This document shows, in pieces, positions 10,532 through 19,817 of a stretch of 64,000 nucleotides of DNA; positions within the stretch are counted from its first letter, which is position 1; each line of letters starts with the position of its first letter. Source of the stretch: an uncultured Planctomycetota bacterium. GTDB taxonomy: Bacteria; Planctomycetota; Planctomycetia; Isosphaerales; Isosphaeraceae. The notes below the pieces were generated by a model. It saw only the letters and a list, made by a program, of their open reading frames with translations, made no database searches and had not been told where the DNA came from. The translations under genes and the position numbers were made by a program. Location: assembly GCA_963761445.1 (NCBI GenBank), contig CAVXHV010000009.1, positions 242,692-306,691 of the forward strand, in the 5' to 3' direction.

Positions 10532-10932
10532 AATTTGCTCCTCGAGTTTCAGGTTGTCGTCTTTGATCTTGTTCGCGCCTCCGCACCCGCCGGCGCACTC
10601 TTCCCCGCTACCAAGATGATCTGCAAGAACTGCGATCCAGTTGCGCCAATCCACGAAGAATTCTTCAGTTTCGAAGAACCGACGTCCGGTTGTGCGGGTC
10701 GTACGGCACAGCGCGAAAAATTCGGCCGCCAAGCGCGCCGGAATGGCCTCGACCGTCCCATGAGCCTTTCCCATCCTCGCAGCCCCGGCAACGTGGCGAC
10801 ATCGTCCAGCCCAGGGTGTGAACCCCGGGAGTGCGCATGCGATCACCGCCCAGTCTGGGAAAATCCCTGTGCTCCGAGGATAATGGCGAGATGGATTTAC
10901 CCAACGGCATCAAGCGCACTGAGGAACCGTCC

Positions 10933-11157
10933 ATGACGAAAACGATCCACGGCAAGATCCACGGCAAGACCATCGAACTCGATGAAGACCTCGGCGTGGC
11001 CGAGGGCCAGGAAGTCGAGGTCCAGGTGAGGATCGTTCAACCTGCCCGAACATGGGGCGAAGGCATTTTGCGGACCGCCGGCGCGCTCGCCGACGACCCC
11101 GAATGGGACACGATCATGGAGCAGATCTATCAAGAACGCAAAGGGGGCATGTCATGA
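10933..11157 (+). CDS. Putative antitoxin (paralog 1) of a VapC module
   Basis: ATG at 10933. [32 protein letters not shown].. is paralogous to the next ORF. Its stop overlaps the next start (ATGA). Confidence 0.55.
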   Translation: MTKTIHGKIHGKTIELDEDLGVAEGQEVEVQVRIVQPARTWGEGILRTAGALADDPEWDTIMEQIYQERKGGMS

Positions 11158-11462
11158 CCAGGGTATTGCATGGAATTGTCCACGGCAAAATTATCGAGGT
11201 CACCGAAGATCTGGGCATGTCGGACGGCCAAGCTGTGGAACTGATTGTCACGGCTTCACCCGCACCAGATCCATGCGATGAGGAAATCGGGTCGCGTAAA
11301 TCACCCAAGAAACTTCCGGGACCACCACCCGGATGGCAGCCCGGTTCCAAGCGAACGGCCGCAGGGATGTTGGCGGATTCGTGGACGGAGGAAGATGATC
11401 GAATTCTGGAAGAGATCTATCGGGATCGCAGGCGAGAAACCCGGCGAGGGGTCCCTGAATGA
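11154..11462 (+). CDS. Putative antitoxin (paralog 2) of a VapC module
   Basis: [32 protein letters not shown].. with a C-terminal ..EEDDRILEEIYRDRR. Its stop overlaps the vapC start (ATGA at 11459-11462). Confidence 0.55.
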   Translation: MTRVLHGIVHGKIIEVTEDLGMSDGQAVELIVTASPAPDPCDEEIGSRKSPKKLPGPPPGWQPGSKRTAAGMLADSWTEEDDRILEEIYRDRRRETRRGVPE

Positions 11463-11860
11463 GCTTTCTCCTGGACACCAACATCCTCTCCGCTCATTTG
11501 CGCCGCCCTTCAGGCTTGGCCCACCGGTTCTTTCAGTATTCCGGGCGTCTTTTGACAACGAGCGTCGTCTTGAGCGAATTGTTTGTCTGGGCGTACAACC
11601 GCCCAGATCCGACGAAGATAATGGTCGCCATTGATGAATTGCTATCCCAGGAGGTGAGCGTTCTGGACTTCGACCGGGACTGTGCCAACGAGTTTGGGCG
11701 AGTCCGAATTCAACTCAGGCGACGCGGCGTTGAGGTGCCTTCCGTAGACTTGATGATTGGTGCTGCGGCCCTTGTTTATGACCTGACGCTCGTCACCCAC
11801 AACACCGCCGACTTCCAGAACATCCCCGGTCTCAGGATGGAGGATTGGCTCAAGCCCTGA
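11459..11860 (+). CDS. vapC: PIN-domain toxin VapC
   Basis: MSFLLDTNIL.., ..SELF.., ..LTLVTHNTADF.. Typical PIN acidic residues. 133 aa. Confidence 0.85.
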   Translation: MSFLLDTNILSAHLRRPSGLAHRFFQYSGRLLTTSVVLSELFVWAYNRPDPTKIMVAIDELLSQEVSVLDFDRDCANEFGRVRIQLRRRGVEVPSVDLMIGAAALVYDLTLVTHNTADFQNIPGLRMEDWLKP

Positions 11861-12174
11861 GCCGACAGGCACGTCATGATCGAGTCCTGGTTGACCGGCC
11901 ACGTCAATCATCTGAAGGGCGAAAGTATCATCATCCTCGCCGATCCAAGCGGATGATCCGGTCCGGCGCCGGCGCCGACGCCGTCGAGAGCCGGGCCAAG
12001 GCGATTGGATTCACTGTGCTTTTTCGAAGCGGGAACCTCGCCCGTCGGGAGCTGTACGAACACCTGCAAGAACCCCGGGAACCCCGACCCCGACCCCAAC
12101 CCCGCCATCCGGCCATCCCCCGAGCCCCGGAACGGGGCGACATCATAGAGCCCGGGGTGCAAACCCCGGGGAAC

Positions 12175-12543
12175 TCATCCGAGACCCTCGGCGGCCATCT
12201 CGGAATCCCACATCTCCCGGTAGAATCCCACGTACGAAGCCGTCGCGACAGGATCGATATCCCAATAGTGCCGGCACAGCCTTCGGTACAATTGCAGAAC
12301 AGGGTCGTAGCCGCAGAAATCGAGCAAACCATCGAGAGTATGTTCGATCAGGCGAACATCCGGGCTGCGCGAGCGAATGATGTCCTGCACGCGGGGGGTG
12401 TATTCCACTTCCGCACGGTGATTCAGGCCCTGAATCTGCGCAGCGAGTTCAAAAATAAGCGGTTCGATGTCTTTAGCCGCGTCCGAGGCTCGCGCTACAG
12501 CTCGCCGCTTGATCCCGTCTTTCCGCCCGCGTTTGCTGCCCAT
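12175..12543 (-). CDS. Hypothetical protein (122 aa), last gene of the minus-strand cluster
   Basis: ATG at 12543, 25 nt after the stop of the upstream gene. Basic N-terminus MGSKRGRKDGIKRR. No recognisable domain. Confidence 0.45.
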   Translation of the reverse strand: MGSKRGRKDGIKRRAVARASDAAKDIEPLIFELAAQIQGLNHRAEVEYTPRVQDIIRSRSPDVRLIEHTLDGLLDFCGYDPVLQLYRRLCRHYWDIDPVATASYVGFYREMWDSEMAAEGLG

Positions 12544-12568
12544 CGCCGCTCCCGCCCCCACTCCGGCA

Positions 12569-13753
12569 TCACGCCCCCGCGGTGGTGTGTCCGGCTTCAA
12601 CAGTATCATCACCGGCCCCGACATCCTCCACATTCTTAATCTCAGACAGCATCCAGTCAAACGCCTCCAGGAACTTCGCCAGCGTCGCGGGTTCTTTCAA
12701 TAAGCTGAGACCGAAACCCGGCCGTCGATTCAGAGCGTCTTGCGGGATCGGGAGTCCGATCGCCAAAAGCCGCCGGAGAAGTTCTCTGCGTTTCGCTTCT
12801 TCGCCGAACGGCGGCCTCTTCATGTGTTGAAACTGAATCTCGACGGTGCCGTATGTCCACACGGAAAAAAGGAAGTGCGGTCCGAATTTGTTGTCGTACA
12901 TCGGAAAGAACGACCCGTCTTTCCTCCCTTGGCCCCACCAAACTCGCAGGCCGTGATCATTGGCCCAGAGCAGGAGCTTCCGTGCGATTGTCGTCTCCGA
13001 TTCCCCTCGCCTTTCGAGGATGCTGTCGAAGAACGACGCCTGATCCCACTGCCGTGATTCAGCCCGTGAAGCGCCCTTTTTTCCGCGAGCCGTTTCGGTT
13101 TGACCGAGCACGCGCGGGACGAGAGTCTTGAGGTTCTCGCCCACGAACTGCTTGACCTCGATGGCGAGCACCTCGGCCGGGTCCATCTGACTATTGAGGA
13201 ACTCGACAACCCGCCGCAGCTCAGGCGGAATCTCGTCGGCGATGAACAGCAAGCGGACCCGCCCGGCCTGAAGGTTCGTTTTCACTCGCTGCCAGAACGT
13301 CGCGGCGTCCTGACCTTCCCTGACGAGGTCGACAACTTCCGCCTCGGGGTCGACGCCATCCTCCTTGCATCGGTTCTCGAACCTGGCTTTGATCTCCTCG
13401 ACGGGCCAGTATGCGACCGCATTAGCCGCGTAGTCGAGCATCTGGCCGACGACCTCGCGCCGGACGCGGGTATCCGCGCTTCGCTTCACTTCGACGAGCG
13501 TGGGGATGGCTTCCTGATCGAGAAATAGATGGTCGAGCGCCCATCGACTCGACCCATCCTGTTCACCGGGGACGGCCATCTCACGGGTCACGAGCAACCA
13601 ACGCCTCGGCTGCTCGGCATTGATCTGCTCCCCGGCGAGCAGGTCCGGGTGATCGGCCAGGAGCTTCTGCAAAAGGCTTTCCGAGTCGTACGGCGCCTCG
13701 TCCATGGCGACCAGCTTCGTGTCATTACTCAGAAGGTAGATGCGACCACCCAC
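12569..13753 (-). CDS. PD-(D/E)xK (NucS/DUF91-like) nuclease-fold protein with an unknown C-terminal half
   Basis: ..LDHLFLDQEAIPTLVEVKRSADTRVRREVVGQMLDYA.. fits the D...(D/E)xK restriction-endonuclease-like core. 394 aa. Confidence 0.6.
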   Translation of the reverse strand: MGGRIYLLSNDTKLVAMDEAPYDSESLLQKLLADHPDLLAGEQINAEQPRRWLLVTREMAVPGEQDGSSRWALDHLFLDQEAIPTLVEVKRSADTRVRREVVGQMLDYAANAVAYWPVEEIKARFENRCKEDGVDPEAEVVDLVREGQDAATFWQRVKTNLQAGRVRLLFIADEIPPELRRVVEFLNSQMDPAEVLAIEVKQFVGENLKTLVPRVLGQTETARGKKGASRAESRQWDQASFFDSILERRGESETTIARKLLLWANDHGLRVWWGQGRKDGSFFPMYDNKFGPHFLFSVWTYGTVEIQFQHMKRPPFGEEAKRRELLRRLLAIGLPIPQDALNRRPGFGLSLLKEPATLAKFLEAFDWMLSEIKNVEDVGAGDDTVEAGHTTAGA

Positions 13754-13819
13754 GTGTTTACCTGTCTTGAAAACGGTAGCGCCGAGAGTGTCCAGCTCGA
13801 GCCGCAGTCACGACTCGCT

Positions 13820-14191
13820 TCACTTCTGCAACCGGTGCATCACGGCCCAGACCTCGTGCAGCGAATGTTCGTAAGGCGCTCCAGCCCGTCCCTGATGGCG
13901 TGCGACCTCCGACTTGAAGTTGTCGTAGTCGGTACCTTCCGCCAGCCCCGCGAGCAAACTCGCCCACGGAGATTTCTCAACGAATAGCCGGTACGCGTAG
14001 TCCCTCCCCACAGTTTCCTGGATTTCGCATGCACCGAGAAGGCCAGGGAACCGCTGTTTCAAGGCCTCGAGATGACCTCGGACTCTCGCGCGCACCATGA
14101 TGCGGTCGGGATTGACGGCCTGGCCATGCTTGCCGTCACCCTGCCGGGCGCAGACCGCACTAAAGAATCGGTGCTTTGTGAAAATCCACAT
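13820..14191 (-). CDS. Hypothetical protein (123 aa)
   Basis: ATG at 14191 preceded by ggag. MWIFTKHRFFSAVCA..IMVRARVRGHLEALK..DYDNFKSEV. The track ORF 13820-14404 overextends. Confidence 0.5.
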   Translation of the reverse strand: MWIFTKHRFFSAVCARQGDGKHGQAVNPDRIMVRARVRGHLEALKQRFPGLLGACEIQETVGRDYAYRLFVEKSPWASLLAGLAEGTDYDNFKSEVARHQGRAGAPYEHSLHEVWAVMHRLQK

Positions 14192-14247
14192 ATTTCGCTC
14201 CGCCTGCTCCAGCGTTTTGGTGTTGAAAACTCCCGCCGCTGCTCCAA

Positions 14248-14766
14248 TCAGAACGGCTCGAAAAACGACGGTTGCGGCCGCCGGTCCGGTTTCGTCAGGA
14301 CCTCGGCCCGCTCGGGATCCCGCAGCAGCCAGGCAAATCCTCCGGTCGTCTCGGTTATCGCGAAGCAGGCAGGCAGGCTGTGCCGCGGTTCGAGTGGTTC
14401 GCATCCCACGATCTCGACCGTCCCCACAAGCACGCCTCTTGGTAAGGCGTCGATGTCCATCTCGAACTCCGCCGCGATCCGACTTTCCTCGTGCCGCTCG
14501 ATACGCTGCAAACCGGCATAGATGTGAACGCGCTCTCCCTTCTTATGAGTCCGTCTCGGTCGGGCCTCGACGGTTTTCGCGCCACGCAGGATCAACTCAG
14601 CCCAAGGCTGTCGGACGCTGAGGGCTCGCACTGATATTCTCCAGTTTCGATACCTGTCATCGTTCAAATCGGAGCCGGTGCCTCGCTCCGTTTCCTGATC
14701 GACTGCTTCTTCGGGCTCGCAGCGCTGGAACACCCTCGGTCCTGGCGGACGTTCAACCGAACTCAA
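14248..14766 (-). CDS. ASCH (ASC-1 homology, PUA-like) domain protein
   Basis: ALSVRQPWAELILRGAKTVEAR..GERVHIYA.. is the typical ASCH N-terminal strand-helix. A TTG at 14766 overlaps the upstream stop. An alternative GTG at 14631 would give a 128-aa protein. Confidence 0.7.
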   Translation of the reverse strand: MSSVERPPGPRVFQRCEPEEAVDQETERGTGSDLNDDRYRNWRISVRALSVRQPWAELILRGAKTVEARPRRTHKKGERVHIYAGLQRIERHEESRIAAEFEMDIDALPRGVLVGTVEIVGCEPLEPRHSLPACFAITETTGGFAWLLRDPERAEVLTKPDRRPQPSFFEPF

Positions 14767-15323
14767 GTCTGCCGAGCGTCTACAACTGTCTTCGCCGCAT
14801 CGAGCAGTTTCCGGGCCTGACGGTCCGCTTCCTCTGCCATCTGGACGCTGACATGCGGCTTCAGCTCATGGAGTCGTGCGGCAACGCCGTCAGGATCGAC
14901 AACCCCCTCTCGCATTCGAATCCAGATTGCAGTTGCCAGGGGCTCCAGTTCGATAACGCCCATTCGCCCAATCTGGCCACAAACAAATTCCACGGCCTTC
15001 TGTGACGCCTCTGGCAGGGGCGAAAAATCCTTCACCAACAAAGCGTTCATGCCCGGACTCAACCGGACCCCGTACCAGCCTTCCACCGTGTCCGACTTCA
15101 GGGCCGCATAACTCTTCATTTGCTCGAGCTCAATCTCAAAGTCCGTCAGGTATGGACCGTGTTTGTAGAGAACGAAGTTAAATGGCGCCTCCAGCAGCCC
15201 GCAGGCATCCAAAAGGAATAGGGCTTTCTGGACATGGGTCTTTCCCGTCCTGCTTTCGTGCTTGTTCAGACTTTCGACGACCGCCAAGATGAGAGCGTGC
15301 TTGTCAAACCGCATTTCGTTCAC
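14763..15323 (-). CDS. DUF4065 / Panacea (SocA-like antitoxin domain)-like protein
   Basis: ..KTHVQKALFLLDACG..FNFVLYKHGPYLTDFEIELEQMK.. resembles the DUF4065 core (KLQKLLY...W.yGPv). The GTG start overlaps the corrected HD-gene stop (GTGA). Confidence 0.5.
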   Translation of the reverse strand: MNEMRFDKHALILAVVESLNKHESRTGKTHVQKALFLLDACGLLEAPFNFVLYKHGPYLTDFEIELEQMKSYAALKSDTVEGWYGVRLSPGMNALLVKDFSPLPEASQKAVEFVCGQIGRMGVIELEPLATAIWIRMREGVVDPDGVAARLHELKPHVSVQMAEEADRQARKLLDAAKTVVDARQT

Positions 15324-16634
15324 CCTTTCCTTTCGGGCGAATCACCCAGTAGTCGCCCCAGCTCGGATTCGATCTTTGGCTTTGCCTGATCCTTGGTATC
15401 AGGCGGAACGAAAATCAAGCCAATCTCGATCGCCGGCAATTGGGCGATAACCTTGGAGACTGACGGTGAGCTGACCACGGAGTGATCATCTGTCAGGACC
15501 GGAAAATCGTTCGTCTCTGACTTGGGCCCGTATCGATCCCAAAGGACCTGTTCCGCGCCGCAGACCCCCTTCGTGAATTCCAGGAGGTTTTCGAAAGATC
15601 GTCGGGCACCTCTCCTTGTAAGAACCGAGCAATTCGAACACCGTGCGAAAATGCTTCCGAGAGACTAACCTTGAAGCGAGTTCATGGAGCCGATGGTCTG
15701 GATGCGTCGCACACCGTCTGATCGCGGCGGTCACTTCATGATCGGTGTAATTCATCATCGCCTCCCAATCGGCTGAGAACTTGCCACCGTCAAGCCACCC
15801 TTGGAGGAAGTCTCTGAGATGGAGGTCATACACGCGCCGTACATCGTGGAAGTAAACCTGAGTGTACATGAAGTAGCGGGCCAGCAAGAGGGCCTCCGCG
15901 GAGTGAATACTGCCAACGTCAAGCCCGAGCGCGATCTCGTTGTTATCAGGATGGATCACGGCTCGCAAGCCTGCGATGAGGCGGTCCTCGTCGAATCGTC
16001 CATAGGAGACGCCAGCATGCCATGAATCGCGAAGAAGGTAATCGATCCGATCGGCCCCGAACGTGTTACCCGTAATGATTTCATTGAGCAGCGTCTTCCA
16101 CGGCGACAGATTCACGTTCGGTTCAACCCGAAGACGTTTCTTCAAGTCCCAAGACAGGTCGATGACGTCCTCTGGGCGGATCGAATCGTCCTCCAAAATC
16201 CCAGCGATCTCTGAGTGCCGGATCGTCTCGGCTGTGATGCGCTCGTGGTTCCATCCTTCCGGTAGCAACGCCTCCTCGGCGGCGTGGGAGAACGGCAAGT
16301 GCCCGACGTCATGAAGAAGCGCCGCGACTCGTACGACTTGCCGCCAGTTTTCCTTACGCCGCGGTTCCAGCTCGTCGGCGATCCTCTCGCGGACAAGATC
16401 CGGGACCGTGACGTCGAAAACCGCATGGAAAATCTGATCGGCTACCTCCATGACCCCGATCGAGTGTTCGAACCGCGTGTGCGTGGCCCCGGGGTACACC
16501 TGGTAACACATCGCAAGTTGATGGATACAACGCAATCGCTGAAACGGCTCGGAGTCGATGAGCCGCTTCTCAAGATTGTTGAAGCGCACGAAGCCATGAA
16601 CCCCGTCACGCACCTCGTGCCGCACTTTCGCCAT
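15320..16634 (-). CDS. SAMHD1-like HD-domain (d)NTP triphosphohydrolase; one apparent frameshift near 15593
   Basis: VHGFVRF..EPFQRLRCIHQLAM..VYPGATHTRFEHSIGV.., LHDVGHLPFSH, GADRIDYLLRDS. A 92-codon stop-free frame (15320-15598) continues the protein after a 1-nt shift. Confidence 0.8.
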
Positions 16635-16739
16635 GTCCCCGGTTCCCCGTTCTATACTAATAGTGGACTTGCGTCAACTTCCTTGCGGTACCCCTGTCTA
16701 TCCCCACATCTCAGAATCTGGCCGGCGCCCGCTGGTAAA

Positions 16740-16777
16740 GGGGCGTGAGTAGCAATGGAACAGAAAACTGGCATAAG
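16740..16777 (+). repeat. Tn3-family terminal inverted repeat, left
   Basis: GGGGCGTGAGTAGCAATGGAACAGAAAACTGGCATAAG. Has the canonical GGGG...TAAG architecture. Confidence 0.9.
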
Positions 16778-16796
16778 GACCGTCTACGCCGCCAGG

Positions 16797-19791
16797 TCAT
16801 CCTGCTCGTCGGGGCTCGCGAAGCGGTCGTAGCTGCCCCTGCCGGACTGATTCCTTCAGGGCGAACTCGTACCGGCCCAGCACGTTGACGTGGTCGAGCA
16901 GCAGCGGCGAGAGCCGTTCGACATCTTCCGGCTTGACCGCCTCGCCGGTGGCGCGGACCTTGGCCAGGGCGGCGTCCAGATAGCGGGTGTTCCAGAGCAC
17001 CACCGCATTGACCACCAGACCCAGCGCCCCCAGTTGGTCCTCCTGGCCTTCGCGGTAGCGTTGCCGCAGTTCGCCCCGCTGGCCGTGGAAGATCGCCCGC
17101 GCCACGGCGTGCCGGCTCTCGCCCCGGTTGAGCTGGGTGAGGATGCGGCGGCGATACGCCTCGTCGTCCAGGTAGTTCAGCAGGTACAGCGTCTTGGCCA
17201 CGCGGCCCAGCTCGCCGATCGCCCGGCCCAGCGTCGAGGGGCGACCGCCGCCCTGCAAGCCGCGGATCAGCTCCGAGGCGCTGACGGCCCCCATCTTCAA
17301 CGACCCGGCCACCCGTAGCAGGTCGTCCCAGTTCCGCTCGATCCGCGGGATGTTGATCCGCTGGCGGGCCACGCCGTCGAGCGCCCCGTAATCGGCCTTC
17401 GGGTCCATCCGCCAGAACCGGGCATCCCCGAAGTCGGCCAGCCGGGGGCTGAACTGGTAGCCCAGGAGCCAGAACAGGCCGAAGACCAGGTCGCTGTAGC
17501 CGGCCGTGTCGCTCATGACCTCGTGAGGGCGAAGGCCGGTCTGCTGCTCGAGCAGGCCCTCGAGGATGAACAGGGAGTCGCGGATCGTGCCCGGCACGAC
17601 GATGGCGTGGAAGCCGGTGAACTGGTCGCTGGTGAAGTTGTAGTAGGTGACGCCGCGTCCGGTGTTGAAGTACTTCGGGTTCGGGCCGGCGTTGAGGGTG
17701 CGGACCGGGACGACGAAGCGGAGGCCGTCGGCCGAGGCGACCTCGCCGCCGCCCCAGGCCCGCGCCAGGGGGATCTGGGCCTGGTAGTCGACCAGCCGGG
17801 CGTTGGCCTTGGTGATGGTCTCGGCGCGGATGTAGTTCTGCTGGACCCAGGAGAGCCGGCCGCGGGTCAACGCGGGGACGTCGGGGCGGACCAGGGGCTC
17901 CAGGCCGATGTTGCACGCCTCGGCCAGGAGCACCGCGCAGAGGCTCAGGTCGAGGTCGCCGACCCGGGCGTCGCCCTCGCTGACGTGGCGGAATTCGCCG
18001 GCGAAGTTGGTCCAGGCCAGGACTTCCAGGAGGACCTCGGTCAGGTCCACGCGGGGCAGCCGCGCGGTCACGTCCCTGCGGAGATCGACCAGGCTGGCGG
18101 GCTCGTCCAGCTTGTCCAGCGGGGTGAGCGTCAGGACGTCGCGCCGGCCGACCCGCTCGATCGTCACGGCGGAGTTGGTCGGCAAGTTGTTCGCGGTCCG
18201 CCGGTAGGCTTCGTCGAGCTGCTTGCCGAGGCTTTCCAGTTCCCGGCCGCCGTGGGCGATCGTCCCAACGTCCGACAGACGCGCGACCGCACCTTCTCCC
18301 AGGCCGGCCCTTGCAGGAGCTTGGCGTGCGGGTCGCCCCAGCGGCGGCTGGCGGGCACGAACAGGTCGCGGCGCTTGAGGCCGTCCTGGAGCCGTTCCAG
18401 GACGCAGAACGTGTAGAGTTGGCGGTCGATCCGGCCCTCCGGCCCGATCACGACCCGCTTCCAGGCCGGGGTCAGGAGGGCCTGGGGTGCCTGACTCATG
18501 TCGGGCCGCTTCTGTCCCTCGATGGTCTTGAGGAAGCGGAATGCCTCGGTCGCGGGCCGGCCCGCGTCGGTCGCCGCGAACTCGACCGCCTCCAGGAGTG
18601 CGGGCAGGAAGCGACGCACCTGACTGTATCGGCTCCGCAGATCCTCGAAGTAGTGGTCATCGGGTGTCCCGACCAGGTCGGCGACCTGGGCCACGGCTTG
18701 GGTGAGCTGGTCTCGGGAGACGCGGGCGAAGACGGCGTTGCGGACGCCTCGGTCGGCACACCCGGGGTCGAGCACGACGAGGCATGCCTCGTGGAGCAGC
18801 AACGCGGCGACGTCCAGATCCTTGAGCGTGCGGAGGCGCCGCTGCTGGCCGGCGCGTTCGACGCGGCCGAGCATCGCCGTGACCAACTGATCGAGCAGGT
18901 CCACGACGTCATCAAGGGCCGCGATTTCCTGAACCTTGGCGAAGGCGAGGAGGGTCGCCTGGCGGCGGGGCGGAGGCATCCGGGCGATGGCCTGCGCCCG
19001 TGCCGCGGCGGCGAACCGGGCCAGGGCATGGACCCGCACGGGCGGCACGGCGGACAGGTCGATGTGGCTCACCCCCAGTGCCCGGATCTCCTGGAGCCGT
19101 CGCAGCGCCTCGACCAGGCCCGCCATGCTGACCCGGGTCGGGGCGCGGCGGAGACGCTCCAGGGGCGACTGGCGGGAAACCGCGTCGGCGACCAGCAACA
19201 TCTCCAGGCGGGCCGCTTGCCGAGGCTTCAGGGCGCGTGCCAGGGTGCGCCACAACCGCAAGGCGGCCCGGTCGCGGACCTGGGCCACCAGGCGGGCGAG
19301 CACCGTCACCCCCGGCAGAGAGGATCTTGCGCTCGACCAGCCGAGCCGTGGCCAGGTCGAAGAGGACGCTGGGACGTTCGGCACAGACCCAGGCCCGGTT
19401 GGCGAGCCAGCGGGACAAGGCCGCGGCTCGGCACCCTGGTGGAAATCGCGGTAGCCGTAGTGGCGGCGGATCTCGGCGGCATGGTCCCAGCGCTTCTCGC
19501 CCGCCGCGTAGCGCTTCAAGCCGCCGGTGTCGGCGATGCCGAGTTGCCGGCCGAGGTAGGCGACAACGCCCGGCGGGACCTCGGTCGGGTCGGGCAGGAA
19601 GGTCCCCAGGAACCGCACGGTCCCGAGCTGCACGGCGAACCCGAGGCGGTTGTGATCGCCCCGGCGCTGGGCGATGAGACGCGGTCCGTGTCGTCGAGAT
19701 GGAAGTAGCGTTCGAGTTGGGCGGGCGACGGCTCGCCTGCGTAGCGACCGTAGCGGCGCTGTTGCTCCTCGGTCAGGAAGTCGACGGGCAT
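16797..19791 (-). pseudogene. tnpA: Tn3-family transposase TnpA, at least 4 apparent frameshifts
   Basis: N-terminal [31 protein letters not shown] (DUF4158-like). C-terminal DDE_Tn3 part is ORF 16797-18185. Frame changes near 19685, 19425, 19320 and 18243 (the last in a CCC run). Confidence 0.9.
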
Positions 19792-19817
19792 CCTTGCCCT
19801 CCTTCGTCGCGGCGGGC

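Noticed and set aside
9104-10846. Minus-strand ORFs of 195, 112 and 172 aa sharing the peptides DLHRCTDA and NWIAV.ADH
   Set aside because: The shared peptides are translations of the dispersed DNA repeats (the palindrome block and the gcgatccagttgc block). The rest of each ORF is unrelated and low-complexity.
16711-17916. 401-aa Pro/Arg/Gly-rich ORF on the minus strand
   Set aside because: It is an alternative frame of the Tn3 transposase region. The TnpA frame shows strong family motifs, while this one is compositional noise.
18311-19708. 465-aa plus-strand ORF, together with other plus-strand ORFs across 17.5-20.6 kb
   Set aside because: They are antisense to tnpA and the recombinase. 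They have no motifs and are a GC-driven absence of stop codons.
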